Shown here one piece after another: positions 1 through 7,956 of a stretch of DNA of 32,000 nucleotides. A program made the position numbers and the translations under genes. How positions within the stretch are numbered: the first letter of the stretch is position 1; every line of letters starts with the position of its first letter. The notes under the pieces were generated by a model. It ran no database searches. It saw only the letters and a list, made by a program, of their open reading frames with translations, and was not told where the DNA came from. Source of the stretch: Flavobacteriaceae bacterium (GTDB lineage Bacteria > Bacteroidota > Bacteroidia > Flavobacteriales > Flavobacteriaceae); contig OZ245049.1 of NCBI GenBank assembly GCA_965224465.1, forward strand, positions 3,030,001 through 3,062,000, read 5' to 3'.

Positions 1-1
1 T

Positions 2-1168
2 GGTTCATGGCCAACATTGGATGGACAAAAAAAGCTCAACGATGCTATTCTGTATTCAGGAAACCGCATACGTATAGAGAATTTTAAAATCATGCAATAC
101 AAAGGGAATGCTATTATGGGGCAAGCTGGTAATAATTTTGTTATCCGTAACAATTGGGTGATTGATTCTGGTGTGTATGGTATTTTTCCTCAGTACGGTA
201 AAAATGGTTTGATAGCACACAATGTGTTGTCTGGAATAGAAGATGCTGCAATTTATGTGGGTATGTGTGACAATATAGATGTACTTCACAATGAGGTTTT
301 TGAGAGTGTAGCAGGGATTGAAATTGAAAATTCTCGCCATTGTTTGGTCGAAAATAATTATGTACATAATAATACAGGAGGAATTTTAGTTTTTGTGACT
401 CCTGGTTTGCCTATAAAAACAACGTTTGATGTGATTGTTAGAAATAATTTTGTTGTGAACAACAATCATAAAAATTTTGGAGCTCCTGGTTCTACGGTAG
501 CCTCAATTCCGCCTGGAACAGGTATTTTAATTATGGCTGCAGATGATGTAATAGTTGAAAATAATATTATTTCAAATAATGATACAGGTGGAATTATAAT
601 AACAGATTTAAAAAATGGAGACCCAAAAGCGAACGATCCTAATGTAGAAGGAAACCCAGACCGTGTAATTATATTAGACAATATAATGTATAATAACGGA
701 AATAAACCAGTAGGAGAATTAAAAGCATTAATGCTCACCAATTTAAAAACAAAATCTCCAGATATTTTTGCTTATGGTGGTGGTGTTGGCTCCACTATTT
801 TAGATAAAAATAAGTACCGTACTTTTGGTCTTGGCCCTTTCGGAATCCCAACAATTACGGATACAAAAGACATTCCAACAATGCGACTGCCAAATCTTGT
901 ACCTCCAAGATCTGTTTCTAAAGAACAATTGGGGGAAATAACGTATTTTGGTATTTGTGCTGGATGCCATGCTATGGGCTCAAGATTGATAGGAGTCGAT
1001 ACAAAAATAATACAAGCCATTTATGCAGGAAACCCTCAAGGCATTGTAGATTATATAAACGCACCTAAAAACGCAAGAGAAGATTATCCAGAAATGCCTC
1101 CTCAAAATTATTTAACGGAAGAAGCAAAAATAGCGGTGGCAGAATACCTGCTGGCCTTAAAAGACTAA
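2..1168 (+). CDS. Parallel beta-helix repeat protein fused to a C-terminal mono-haem cytochrome c domain; 5' end off-window
   Basis: The frame is open from nt 2 (GSWPT precedes the TTG at 17), so the N-terminus lies outside the window. Reiterated Asn/Gly-rich turns (IRNNWVIDSG, AHNVLSG, LHNEVFES, VENNYVHNNTGG, VRNNFVVNNN, VENNIISNNDTGG, LDNIMYNNG) are typical of right-handed beta-helix/NosD-like folds. A CAGCH haem-c motif lies at 956-970, followed by an EMPP Met-ligand region. Confidence 0.6.
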   Translation, partial: GSWPTLDGQKKLNDAILYSGNRIRIENFKIMQYKGNAIMGQAGNNFVIRNNWVIDSGVYGIFPQYGKNGLIAHNVLSGIEDAAIYVGMCDNIDVLHNEVFESVAGIEIENSRHCLVENNYVHNNTGGILVFVTPGLPIKTTFDVIVRNNFVVNNNHKNFGAPGSTVASIPPGTGILIMAADDVIVENNIISNNDTGGIIITDLKNGDPKANDPNVEGNPDRVIILDNIMYNNGNKPVGELKALMLTNLKTKSPDIFAYGGGVGSTILDKNKYRTFGLGPFGIPTITDTKDIPTMRLPNLVPPRSVSKEQLGEITYFGICAGCHAMGSRLIGVDTKIIQAIYAGNPQGIVDYINAPKNAREDYPEMPPQNYLTEEAKIAVAEYLLALKD

Positions 1169-1171
1169 ATT

Positions 1172-1274
1172 ATACCAACTAAAACCCAAAATGACAGATA
1201 TAAATAGGTTGTTTTAGGTTCTAGCGTTGTTGAAAACTAATTCCATTTTTAAACCGTCACTTGGAAATGTATTT
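1172..1274 (+). repeat. Repeat copy A: composite T-S-H unit directly after the stop codon of the beta-helix gene
   Basis: 1172-1236 matches the reverse complement of 30025-30089 at 61/65 positions. 1238-1268 matches the reverse complement of 29940-29970 at 29/31, and 1238-1274 matches 2717-2753 at 35/37. Confidence 0.85.
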
Positions 1275-1346
1275 AGAATTATAGCTATCAATAATTGATT
1301 TTAGCTATTGAGAATAGCAATATCCTCTTAGATTAGAGAGGATAGA

Positions 1347-2174
1347 CTATTGGTTAAAATGAACGTATTTTTTTAAGATAGCATCTTCACAGATAAAAGA
1401 GATATGACTGTTGTAAATACCTTTGTAATTTGTGTACACCTGTCCGCATTTGGTTTCGTTATAGTGATTTATAATCACAAGTTTTCCTGCTTCTAAAAAG
1501 CGCTGAGCACCGGATACATCCCACCAGTTTAGATCATCAGCATAAGATTCATAGAGTACACCATCAAAATTAGAGGCGTTCGCAACCGTGTTTTTTGCCA
1601 TACATTTCATTCCCTTTGCATGTACATAATTACAAAGCTCTTGAAAATAGGCAATTCCCTCTGCTTCGGTCGCTTGAATTCCATAATTAGTTCTTAATTC
1701 TTCATCAAAACACCAATCCATATTATCAAATTCAACCCAGTCACAACCCCACAAAGCTATTTTATCAATTCTAGCCTTCATTAGATCCATTATTCCTGTG
1801 GTTGTACTGTTGACAAAATACTCATCGGGCCATTCTCCCCATTGCTTTTCAACCAAATAAGGTTTCATTGCTGTAAAATCATCTCTATATGTTTCTCCTG
1901 TACCAATGCTTATATAAGCACTTACCTGATTTCCATTTGCCTTAATTTCTGCAATAGAAATAAATACATCATCTTGAAATGGATCAATCAGCACGTATGC
2001 ATCGCGAGCATCCATCAAAATATCAGCAATGTTGTCTTCTTTAAAATTTTCTTGGTATGCTTGGTTAAAAACTGCAATTGGTTTTTCTGTTTCCGAATTA
2101 AAATTTCCGCAATCGGTTTTACTACAGGAAAAAAGTACTGTGCTGATAAGTATAAAGAATAAAAATTTAAGCAT
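1347..2174 (-). CDS. Lipoprotein, GH114-like (endo-alpha-1,4-polygalactosaminidase / TM1410-type) glycoside hydrolase
   Basis: The 275-aa ORF starts with signal peptide plus lipobox MLKFLFFILISTVLFSC. From memory, the strings DAYVLIDPF, VSAYISIGTGETYRDDF and WGCDWVEFDNMDW resemble the conserved GH114 strands, including the xVExDNxD catalytic region. This is a family-level call only. Confidence 0.5.
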   Translation of the reverse strand: MLKFLFFILISTVLFSCSKTDCGNFNSETEKPIAVFNQAYQENFKEDNIADILMDARDAYVLIDPFQDDVFISIAEIKANGNQVSAYISIGTGETYRDDFTAMKPYLVEKQWGEWPDEYFVNSTTTGIMDLMKARIDKIALWGCDWVEFDNMDWCFDEELRTNYGIQATEAEGIAYFQELCNYVHAKGMKCMAKNTVANASNFDGVLYESYADDLNWWDVSGAQRFLEAGKLVIINHYNETKCGQVYTNYKGIYNSHISFICEDAILKKYVHFNQ

Positions 2175-2392
2175 TGACCTATTGTATTTGTTAAATTTTA
2201 AAACGCGTTGGTTCGTACAATAGTATTTATGGAGATTCTTATTTTTTATCTAAACAAGTGCATAGGCACAGTGCTGTGTTTCACATCAAATACGTCCATT
2301 CCTTTAGTCAAAAAAATGGTCCAAATCATGCTTGATCAATGCAATATATTCCGTTAGATGTTTATAGTAATAAGATTGAAATAGATCTAAAT

Positions 2393-2417
2393 AAACTATT
2401 TATATCGGTCATTTTGG
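2393..2417 (-). repeat. Repeat copy D: isolated 25-bp T core
   Basis: aaactatttatatcggtcattttgg is identical (25/25) to 30051-30075, the stop-codon region of the peptidase-like gene. Confidence 0.8.
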
Positions 2418-2716
2418 ATTGTCATCTGCATCTTCTAATACTAATACTATTTTTAATTATTTTCCTTCGTTTAGATCCTTTACTTCTCTTATTCAACGCA
2501 GATAATATCATCAATATGTATACTTCTTCAATATTAGCTATAGAATGATGGCATGTCCATTTAGTTCACAATACGGTGGGTTTATTATTAGCGCGTATCT
2601 GTTTTTTTTAACGTAGGTCAAATTCATAAATAAATGTTATGCGCATGTGTGCTTTATGCCCATTTATTTTTGTAAAGTCGGAGCATTATAAAGCATTAGT
2701 TGTTACACAATGCAAA

Positions 2717-2925
2717 TAATTCCATTTCAAAACCGTCACTTGGAAATGTATTTGGTATTAGAATACGTTCTAAAAAAGAAACCATATAAAGCGATCGTAT
2801 AAAATTGAATTGCTAAGCCCCCTTTGTTGGTGGGTTAATTCTCTGAGACTCTGTCTCAAAATATAAAATAGTCTTTCGAAAGGATGCCTTGTACTCTTTG
2901 GGAGAGCTATTGGTTTTTTATCAAA
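2717..2925 (+). repeat. Repeat copy B-E: H unit plus ~95-bp E unit, upstream of the plus operon
   Basis: The H unit is at 2717-2753. The E unit at 2831-2925 is collinear with 29811-29905 (36/46 identical over the first 46 bp, including ttaattctctg and aaaatagtct, weaker after that). The H-to-E spacing is ~92-94 bp in both copies. Confidence 0.6.
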
Positions 2926-3049
2926 ACTATTTTACGAAGGGTTTCGTCAGTTGGCAGATAGACTTTCTTTAAATCATAATTCCTCATCACGTAGATTATA
3001 TTCCGCTAAGCGTAGATGCATACTGTAAATGAATTTCTATTTTTGAATC

Positions 3050-3070
3050 TGTTTAGAATGATTCTAAACA
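3050..3070. promoter_or_regulatory. Perfect 21-bp palindrome (10-1-10) just upstream of the plus operon; candidate operator
   Basis: tgtttagaat g attctaaaca was read directly. It lies 22 nt before the ATG at 3092 and 5 nt downstream of tatttttg (3038-3045), which fits the Bacteroidetes -7 box TAnnTTTG. No good -33 TTTG was found, so the promoter call is weak. Confidence 0.35.
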
Positions 3071-3091
3071 AAAAAACCAATTAATTAAGTA

Positions 3092-6000
3092 ATGTTTTGT
3101 TTTGCTATGATAACAAAAAATAACCAACAGAGACCTTCCGTTAATTCACGTTTAATAAATAACAATCAATCGTATAATCAATGTATAGGTACTGTGTCTT
3201 TACTTGAAACTATAGATGATCGTGAAAAAACGACTGTAAAAACTATTAAATACCAGATATCCAATACAGATTGGGATGCTTTAATAAAGAAAGCTGAAAC
3301 GGATGATATTTTGCCTTTCGCTGTTATTTTAAACACATTTATTCATGTTATAGAGCGATGGAGTTCTTCGTCTAGACTTATTTTGACACCTATTGTGGTT
3401 TCTGATGTAGAAGCGGTTTCATATTTAGAACAATTGTTTTCGCTTAGGAAAGTGCCATGGAATGCCTCTTGTAAGTATTTAGAATCACAAATATTTACCG
3501 ATATAAAGGCTGAAGAGTCTGAAGATGAGGATGCAGGGATTTCTGTTTTTATAACTACAAATCTAGAAGTTACCAGTGCTACGAATAAAGAAAGTGTCGC
3601 GTTATTTTTAAATAATAACGATGAGGTAGCAGTAAAAGGATTGCACTACCAGCTAGAAGAAACCAATGATGGGATAGAAATAAGTTGGACATTTAATCAC
3701 ACTTCTATTTCTGAAGTGTTGTTACAAGAAATGTTTGCGGCACAAATACGTATATTAGATTGGTTGGTACAAGAAAATTGGGACGCCCCTTTATTGGATA
3801 TACTACCCGAGAATCAAAAAAGTATACGAGCTAAAATAAACAATACTCAAACTTTTGTGACAGAAAAATGCTTGCATCAGGAGTTTTTTGAGACTGCTAC
3901 AACGCATAGTGAAAAAACAGCATTAATTTGGGAAGAAGAAGGCAGTGCTATAAAAATAGGATATGGAGATCTAAAAGATAAAGTACTTAGACTGGCATCA
4001 ATATTAGTTAGTAAAAATATACAACAAGGAGATTTTGTAGGGATCACTATTCCAAGAGGACCCAACCAAATTGTTGCAGTATTAGCAGTACTAGCTATTG
4101 GAGCTATTTATGTTCCGATAGGAGTAGATCAACCGAAGTCTCGTCAGAAACGAATTCATCAAATAGCGGGTATTTCGTATGTGATTATGGATGAGGAAGT
4201 TTCAGGATTCACAGGCCTTGATGTGGCTATAATTCAAGTTGCAGAAGAAGCAACAGCAGCTCCTTTGTCTCAACCAATATTTGTAGATCCAAATAAATTG
4301 GCATACGTAATTTTCACCTCAGGATCTACAGGGGAACCTAAAGGCGTAGCAATTTCACACAGTGCTGCTCACAATACAATTCAGGATATAAATAAACGAT
4401 TTTCCGTAACAGAAAAGGACACGGCGCTTGCATTGTCGGCATTGGATTTTGATTTGTCTGTGTATGATATTTTTGGATTATTAGCTGTAGGAGGTACGCT
4501 TGTTATGCTAAATGAAAAAGTAAGGAGAGAAGCTTCCGTGTGGACAAATCTTATTCAGAGTACAGGAGTTACTATTTGGAATTCAGTACCCGCATTGTTA
4601 GAGATGTTACTTAGTACAACTTTAGAAAAAGAACGTCTTGTTTCTTTGCGATTAGTGATGGTCTCTGGAGATTGGGTAGGCTTAGATCTTTTTGAAAGGC
4701 TGCGAAATGTATCACCAGATTCTCTTTTGGTTGCTTTGGGAGGAGCTACAGAGGCTTCTATATGGTCTAATTTTCATAAAGTGACTTATGTTGATCCGAA
4801 ATGGAGTTCTATTCCCTATGGTAAACCGCTAGAAAATCAATGTTTTAGAGTGGTAGATTTGTTTGGTAGGGATTGCCCTGATAGGGTCACGGGGGAATTA
4901 TGGATTGGTGGTATTGGGCTCGCAAAAGGATATTTAGGGCAACCAGATTTAACGGCTGATAAATTTATAACAATGGATAATCAGCGTTGGTATCGTACAG
5001 GTGATTTAGGAAGGTATTGGTCTGATGGTACTTTAGAGTTTCTTGGAAGAAAGGACGATCAGGTAAAATTACGAGGCTACCGAATAGAATTAGGAGAAAT
5101 AGAAGCTTTATTAAAAAAATCATGGGGAGTAGAACAGGCTGTTGCTGCAATTGCATCCATAGAGGGTACGCAGCATTTGGTTGCCGCTGTAGTTTCTGAA
5201 AAAACAGCAACAAATAGTGCGATAGCCGAACCAATAATATCGGAAGAGGTTTTATTATATAGAACAGTTTCAAGAGAAAAACAGGCAGTATCTATAGAAG
5301 TAGTTTTGTTTGAACTACTACATCTTGAAAAACTACTTCAAAACAAAGATGTTTATTGGAATCCGATGGAGCAATTTGAGTTAGCAGAGGAGCATTTGGC
5401 TGTTGTACAACTTTGGTTAGAATGGCTTGTAAAACGACAATTGTTAATGTTGGAAAATAAAACGTATCGTATTGGGAATAGGTTACAGGAAGTTTTTGAA
5501 GCATGGAAAGTAAAAAGTACAGTGTTAGCTACAGATGGAATTGAAGCAAAAGAAGACGTATTTTTAAAAAGGGTACAGAAATGTTTGTTTGAGCGTATTC
5601 CTGATTATTATAAAATTCTTTCGGGAAATATAGCAGCCACAGTGTTATTGGATGATCCTATAATATCTCCAGAGATTTTAGCTACAAAAGATGCTGGAAC
5701 CTTATGGGGAATTCAGGAAATTGCAATAAGAATAAATAAGCTAGCGGTACTAAAAGGGAGGCCAATCCAAGTTGCAGTTTTGGGTGGAAGAACAGGTTTA
5801 ATGACTGCTAGGTTGTTAAAAATATCATCAGCAGCAGAAATTAGCTGTACCCTTCTTGAAACGGCACCCTCTATGATTGAGGCTGCTAAAAAGAATTTAG
5901 AACCTTTCCCAGAAAATGCCTCCTGTTATAGAATTCCCGAGAATAGAATCCCCGAGGAATTGCATTATAAATTTGATGTAGTCTTGGCTATAAATGCATT

Positions 6001-6757
6001 GCACAGGTATAAAGACCCAGAAGAAGGAGTTGCTTTGGCTTCACTATTGGTTGCAAATCAAGGAAAAATAATAGCCTTAGAGCACGGAGAACTTAGTCCA
6101 ATTGCTGTTGTAACTTCTGCCTTGTTGGATAAAGGATACACTGATTTTGACCATCAAAGAAAAGGAATGTGTAGCCCAATGCTAACGGGGCAGGAATGGA
6201 TGAGAATCTTCTCAAAATATGGATATACTAAAATAAGTTGCCATGCAGTTGGTTGCTCTTTTACCGAACTAATAGAAGTTGAATGTCCAGAGGAAAGGAA
6301 AGAAATAAGCTCAGAAACAATAATGGATTATGTATCTCAGCATCTACCAAGTCATATGGTTCCTGAAAAAATTGTTGTATTGCCATGGTTTCCACTCAGT
6401 AAAAACGGAAAAGTGAATCGTTCTGAAATTACCAAATATTTTGATTTTCAAGCCGCATCAACATGTATGGAAGAACCTCATAAGGGAATGGAGCAGGAAA
6501 TTGCGGATATATGGAAAGAACTACTTCATACAGCTGTTATTAGTAGGTATCACAGTTTTTTTCAGATAGGAGGAGATAGTTTGTTGGGAACACGTTTTTT
6601 GACCATTATCAAAGAACGTTTTGAAATAGATGTATCCTTGAGGCAACTATTTGAATTCCCTACGTTGATTGCTGTTGCTGCTATTGTTGAAGAAAAGTAT
6701 AATGTACTAGCGGAACGCATGGAAGAAATGGAAGAAATGGAAGAAGGAGAGATATGA
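3092..6757 (+). CDS. NRPS subunit: C/Cy C-lobe remnant - A(Cys, methyltransferase-like insert) - PCP
   Basis: 1221-aa ORF. A-domain cores are LAYVIFTSGSTGEPKG (A3), FDLSVYDIF (A4), GGATEASIW, YRTGDLGRY (A7), GRKDDQVKLRGYRIELGEIE (A8) and PLSKNGKVNR (A10). A ~365-aa insert sits between A8 and A10. The carrier motif is FFQIGGDSLLG. ATGA overlaps the next gene at 6754-6757. An alternative ATG lies at 3107. Confidence 0.9.
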   Translation: MFCFAMITKNNQQRPSVNSRLINNNQSYNQCIGTVSLLETIDDREKTTVKTIKYQISNTDWDALIKKAETDDILPFAVILNTFIHVIERWSSSSRLILTPIVVSDVEAVSYLEQLFSLRKVPWNASCKYLESQIFTDIKAEESEDEDAGISVFITTNLEVTSATNKESVALFLNNNDEVAVKGLHYQLEETNDGIEISWTFNHTSISEVLLQEMFAAQIRILDWLVQENWDAPLLDILPENQKSIRAKINNTQTFVTEKCLHQEFFETATTHSEKTALIWEEEGSAIKIGYGDLKDKVLRLASILVSKNIQQGDFVGITIPRGPNQIVAVLAVLAIGAIYVPIGVDQPKSRQKRIHQIAGISYVIMDEEVSGFTGLDVAIIQVAEEATAAPLSQPIFVDPNKLAYVIFTSGSTGEPKGVAISHSAAHNTIQDINKRFSVTEKDTALALSALDFDLSVYDIFGLLAVGGTLVMLNEKVRREASVWTNLIQSTGVTIWNSVPALLEMLLSTTLEKERLVSLRLVMVSGDWVGLDLFERLRNVSPDSLLVALGGATEASIWSNFHKVTYVDPKWSSIPYGKPLENQCFRVVDLFGRDCPDRVTGELWIGGIGLAKGYLGQPDLTADKFITMDNQRWYRTGDLGRYWSDGTLEFLGRKDDQVKLRGYRIELGEIEALLKKSWGVEQAVAAIASIEGTQHLVAAVVSEKTATNSAIAEPIISEEVLLYRTVSREKQAVSIEVVLFELLHLEKLLQNKDVYWNPMEQFELAEEHLAVVQLWLEWLVKRQLLMLENKTYRIGNRLQEVFEAWKVKSTVLATDGIEAKEDVFLKRVQKCLFERIPDYYKILSGNIAATVLLDDPIISPEILATKDAGTLWGIQEIAIRINKLAVLKGRPIQVAVLGGRTGLMTARLLKISSAAEISCTLLETAPSMIEAAKKNLEPFPENASCYRIPENRIPEELHYKFDVVLAINALHRYKDPEEGVALASLLVANQGKIIALEHGELSPIAVVTSALLDKGYTDFDHQRKGMCSPMLTGQEWMRIFSKYGYTKISCHAVGCSFTELIEVECPEERKEISSETIMDYVSQHLPSHMVPEKIVVLPWFPLSKNGKVNRSEITKYFDFQAASTCMEEPHKGMEQEIADIWKELLHTAVISRYHSFFQIGGDSLLGTRFLTIIKERFEIDVSLRQLFEFPTLIAVAAIVEEKYNVLAERMEEMEEMEEGEI
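3224..3796 (+). other. Remnant of the C-terminal lobe of a condensation/cyclization domain (no catalytic N-lobe)
   Basis: Residues ~45-235 align with the second half of the Cy domains in this window. ISNTDWDALIKKAETDDILPFAVILNTFIHVIERW matches IDPISWNSFIKSAATKNLTPSAALLTLYTEVLSAW, and GIEISWTFNH matches GVTLSWDTLD. No FPLTxxQxAYxxGR or DxxxxDxxS motif is present, and a stop codon sits at 3086-3088 just upstream. Confidence 0.55.
3854..6427 (+). other. Adenylation domain, cysteine-type code (DLYNMSLIWK by manual extraction)
   Basis: Code positions were read from FDLSVYD (D,L,Y), IWNSVP (N), LVMVSGDW (M,S), ALGGATE (L), EASIW (I,W) and NGKVNR (K). Confidence 0.8.
5204..6301 (+). other. Methyltransferase-like domain inserted in the A domain, atypical SAM motif I
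   Basis: The insert lies between A8 and A10. WLEWLVKRQLLMLENKTYRIG parallels WLDILTKRGYIERLGTGFSMG of the stand-alone MT at 9139-10227. Motif I reads VAVLGGRTGLM instead of ILEIGAGTGAT. LLETAP, FDVVLAINALH and GKIIALEH are retained. Confidence 0.6.
6479..6691 (+). other. Peptidyl carrier protein domain
   Basis: FFQIGGDSLLGTRF contains the phosphopantetheine Ser (residue 1163). It is followed by the acidic tail MEEMEEMEEGEI. Confidence 0.85.
6719..6745 (+). repeat. Perfect 3 x 9-bp tandem repeat (ATGGAAGAA) encoding (MEE)3 in the C-terminal tail
   Basis: Read directly: atggaagaa atggaagaa atggaagaa, immediately before ggagagata tga. Confidence 0.95.
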
Positions 6758-7854
6758 TAGGAATTATAGGGGGCTACGGAGAAGTAGGAATTAATGCGAC
6801 AAGACTGCTTGTAAAATGGAACAAACAACCAATAAAAGTAGGTGGGAGAAACCCTGAAAAAGCAAAAGAAAAGTTCGAAAAAGAATTCCCGGAAGTATCG
6901 TGGGTTTTTGTTAATGTGTCTGATGATAATAGTTTAGAAGCTTTTATTAAGGGCTGTAATGTTGTTGTAAACTGTGTAGGGCCATCACACAAAGTATCTT
7001 CCAGAGTGGCGAAAATATGTTTGTGTCATAGTTGTCACCATATTGATGCAGGTGTAGACAAAGTATTGGAAGGGATGCATAGCATACAGACGGATGTCTC
7101 TATTAGGTATGGAGCAGGAACAACACCTGGTTTAACGGGTATTTTACCACAATGGATGGCGCAAGAACTTGACACTGTAAATTCGTTGATACTGTTTACA
7201 GGAGCTTTGGATCGGTTTACAGTTTCTGGGGCTGAAGATTATCTAGTAGGTGTTTTAGAAGATGCGAATGAACCTTTAGCGGCTTGGAGAAATGGAAAAA
7301 AGAAATCCTCGGTATTAAAAAGACAATCAGGAATAACAGTTCCCTTTTTTCCTAGAGAAGTAACTGTTTTTCCATTTTTTGATACCGAATCTTTAGTGGT
7401 AGCTAGAAACTTAGACCTGATCAATGGAGATTGGAATTTAGTGATTGACGGTACCCATGTGCCAGCGACTTTAAATAGTGTTCGGTCTCATTTTTATAAA
7501 AACCCAAAAGAAGCCATCAAAAAATTGTGCTTAGCAGCAGATTTAGACCTAGCAGGTAGGCAAACATATTTTAACCTTATTGTTCAGTTGGAAGGTGTCA
7601 AAGACAGAAAACCATGCATAAGAACTGCGATTCTACAAATGGATAGGATGTCGGTTTTAACAGGAGCTATAACAGCAATTGCCTGTATTTCTATCGTAGA
7701 AGATAAAGTCCCCTCAGGAATAGGTGCGGTCGCAGAATTACCGCATCCTGAGAGAATTATGGAGCGTCTTATGGCGTATGGAATAGTAACGGATTTTAAA
7801 ATATTAGAAACTTCGATTGCGGATCTGTTAGAAGAAGTAGAAGGCGAATTATAA
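6754..7854 (+). CDS. Saccharopine dehydrogenase-like NAD(P)-binding oxidoreductase
   Basis: 366-aa ORF. It has an N-terminal Rossmann loop IIGGYGEVG (GxGxxG) and the VVNCVGP motif characteristic of the saccharopine dehydrogenase NADP-binding family. It is translationally coupled to the upstream NRPS (ATGA) and ends in LLEEVEGEL. Confidence 0.6.
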   Translation: MIGIIGGYGEVGINATRLLVKWNKQPIKVGGRNPEKAKEKFEKEFPEVSWVFVNVSDDNSLEAFIKGCNVVVNCVGPSHKVSSRVAKICLCHSCHHIDAGVDKVLEGMHSIQTDVSIRYGAGTTPGLTGILPQWMAQELDTVNSLILFTGALDRFTVSGAEDYLVGVLEDANEPLAAWRNGKKKSSVLKRQSGITVPFFPREVTVFPFFDTESLVVARNLDLINGDWNLVIDGTHVPATLNSVRSHFYKNPKEAIKKLCLAADLDLAGRQTYFNLIVQLEGVKDRKPCIRTAILQMDRMSVLTGAITAIACISIVEDKVPSGIGAVAELPHPERIMERLMAYGIVTDFKILETSIADLLEEVEGEL

Positions 7855-7956
7855 AAAAATGAAACGTGTTGTAATTGGTATAAAATGAGGTGTGATTCGT
7901 TTTATACGATCTATATACGCATGGAGAGGACCTCTTAAAACTAAAAAAATAAACAG

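Noticed and set aside
56-1020. Minus-strand ORFs of 82-103 aa (56-367, 466-741, 772-1020) inside the beta-helix/cytochrome c gene
   Set aside because: They are antisense to a CDS with clear repeat and haem motifs. Their translations are low-complexity with no recognisable motif, which is typical of shadow ORFs in AT-rich DNA.
1322-1343. Hairpin atcctct-tagatt-agaggat directly after the GH114-like stop, considered as a bidirectional terminator
   Set aside because: The 7-bp stem has no T-run on either strand, so it does not meet intrinsic-terminator criteria.
1842-2223. Plus-strand ORFs (106 and 64 aa) overlapping the GH114-like gene
   Set aside because: They are antisense to a CDS that has a signal peptide, a lipobox and family-like motifs.
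2339-2548. 69-aa hydrophobic ORF in the long intergenic gap (possible small membrane protein or precursor peptide)
   Set aside because: It spans repeat fragment D, so part of its sequence is simply the reverse complement of the repeat. It is Leu/Ile-rich, as expected from AT-rich non-coding DNA, and has no Cys-rich or leader-like features. It cannot be excluded without expression data.
2628-2669. Hairpin aaataaatg ... catttattt followed by a T-run, considered as a terminator
   Set aside because: The stem is only 9 bp and almost purely A/T, the loop is 24 nt, and no credible upstream plus-strand gene exists for it to terminate.
3050-3070. Interpreting the 21-bp palindrome as a Fur box
   Set aside because: The 9-1-9 core has the same 19-bp geometry as the Fur consensus GATAATGATAATCATTATC, but only about 5 of 9 positions per half-site match. 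A shared agaatgat string at 29654-29661 is too short to be meaningful in AT-rich DNA. I kept it only as a generic candidate operator.
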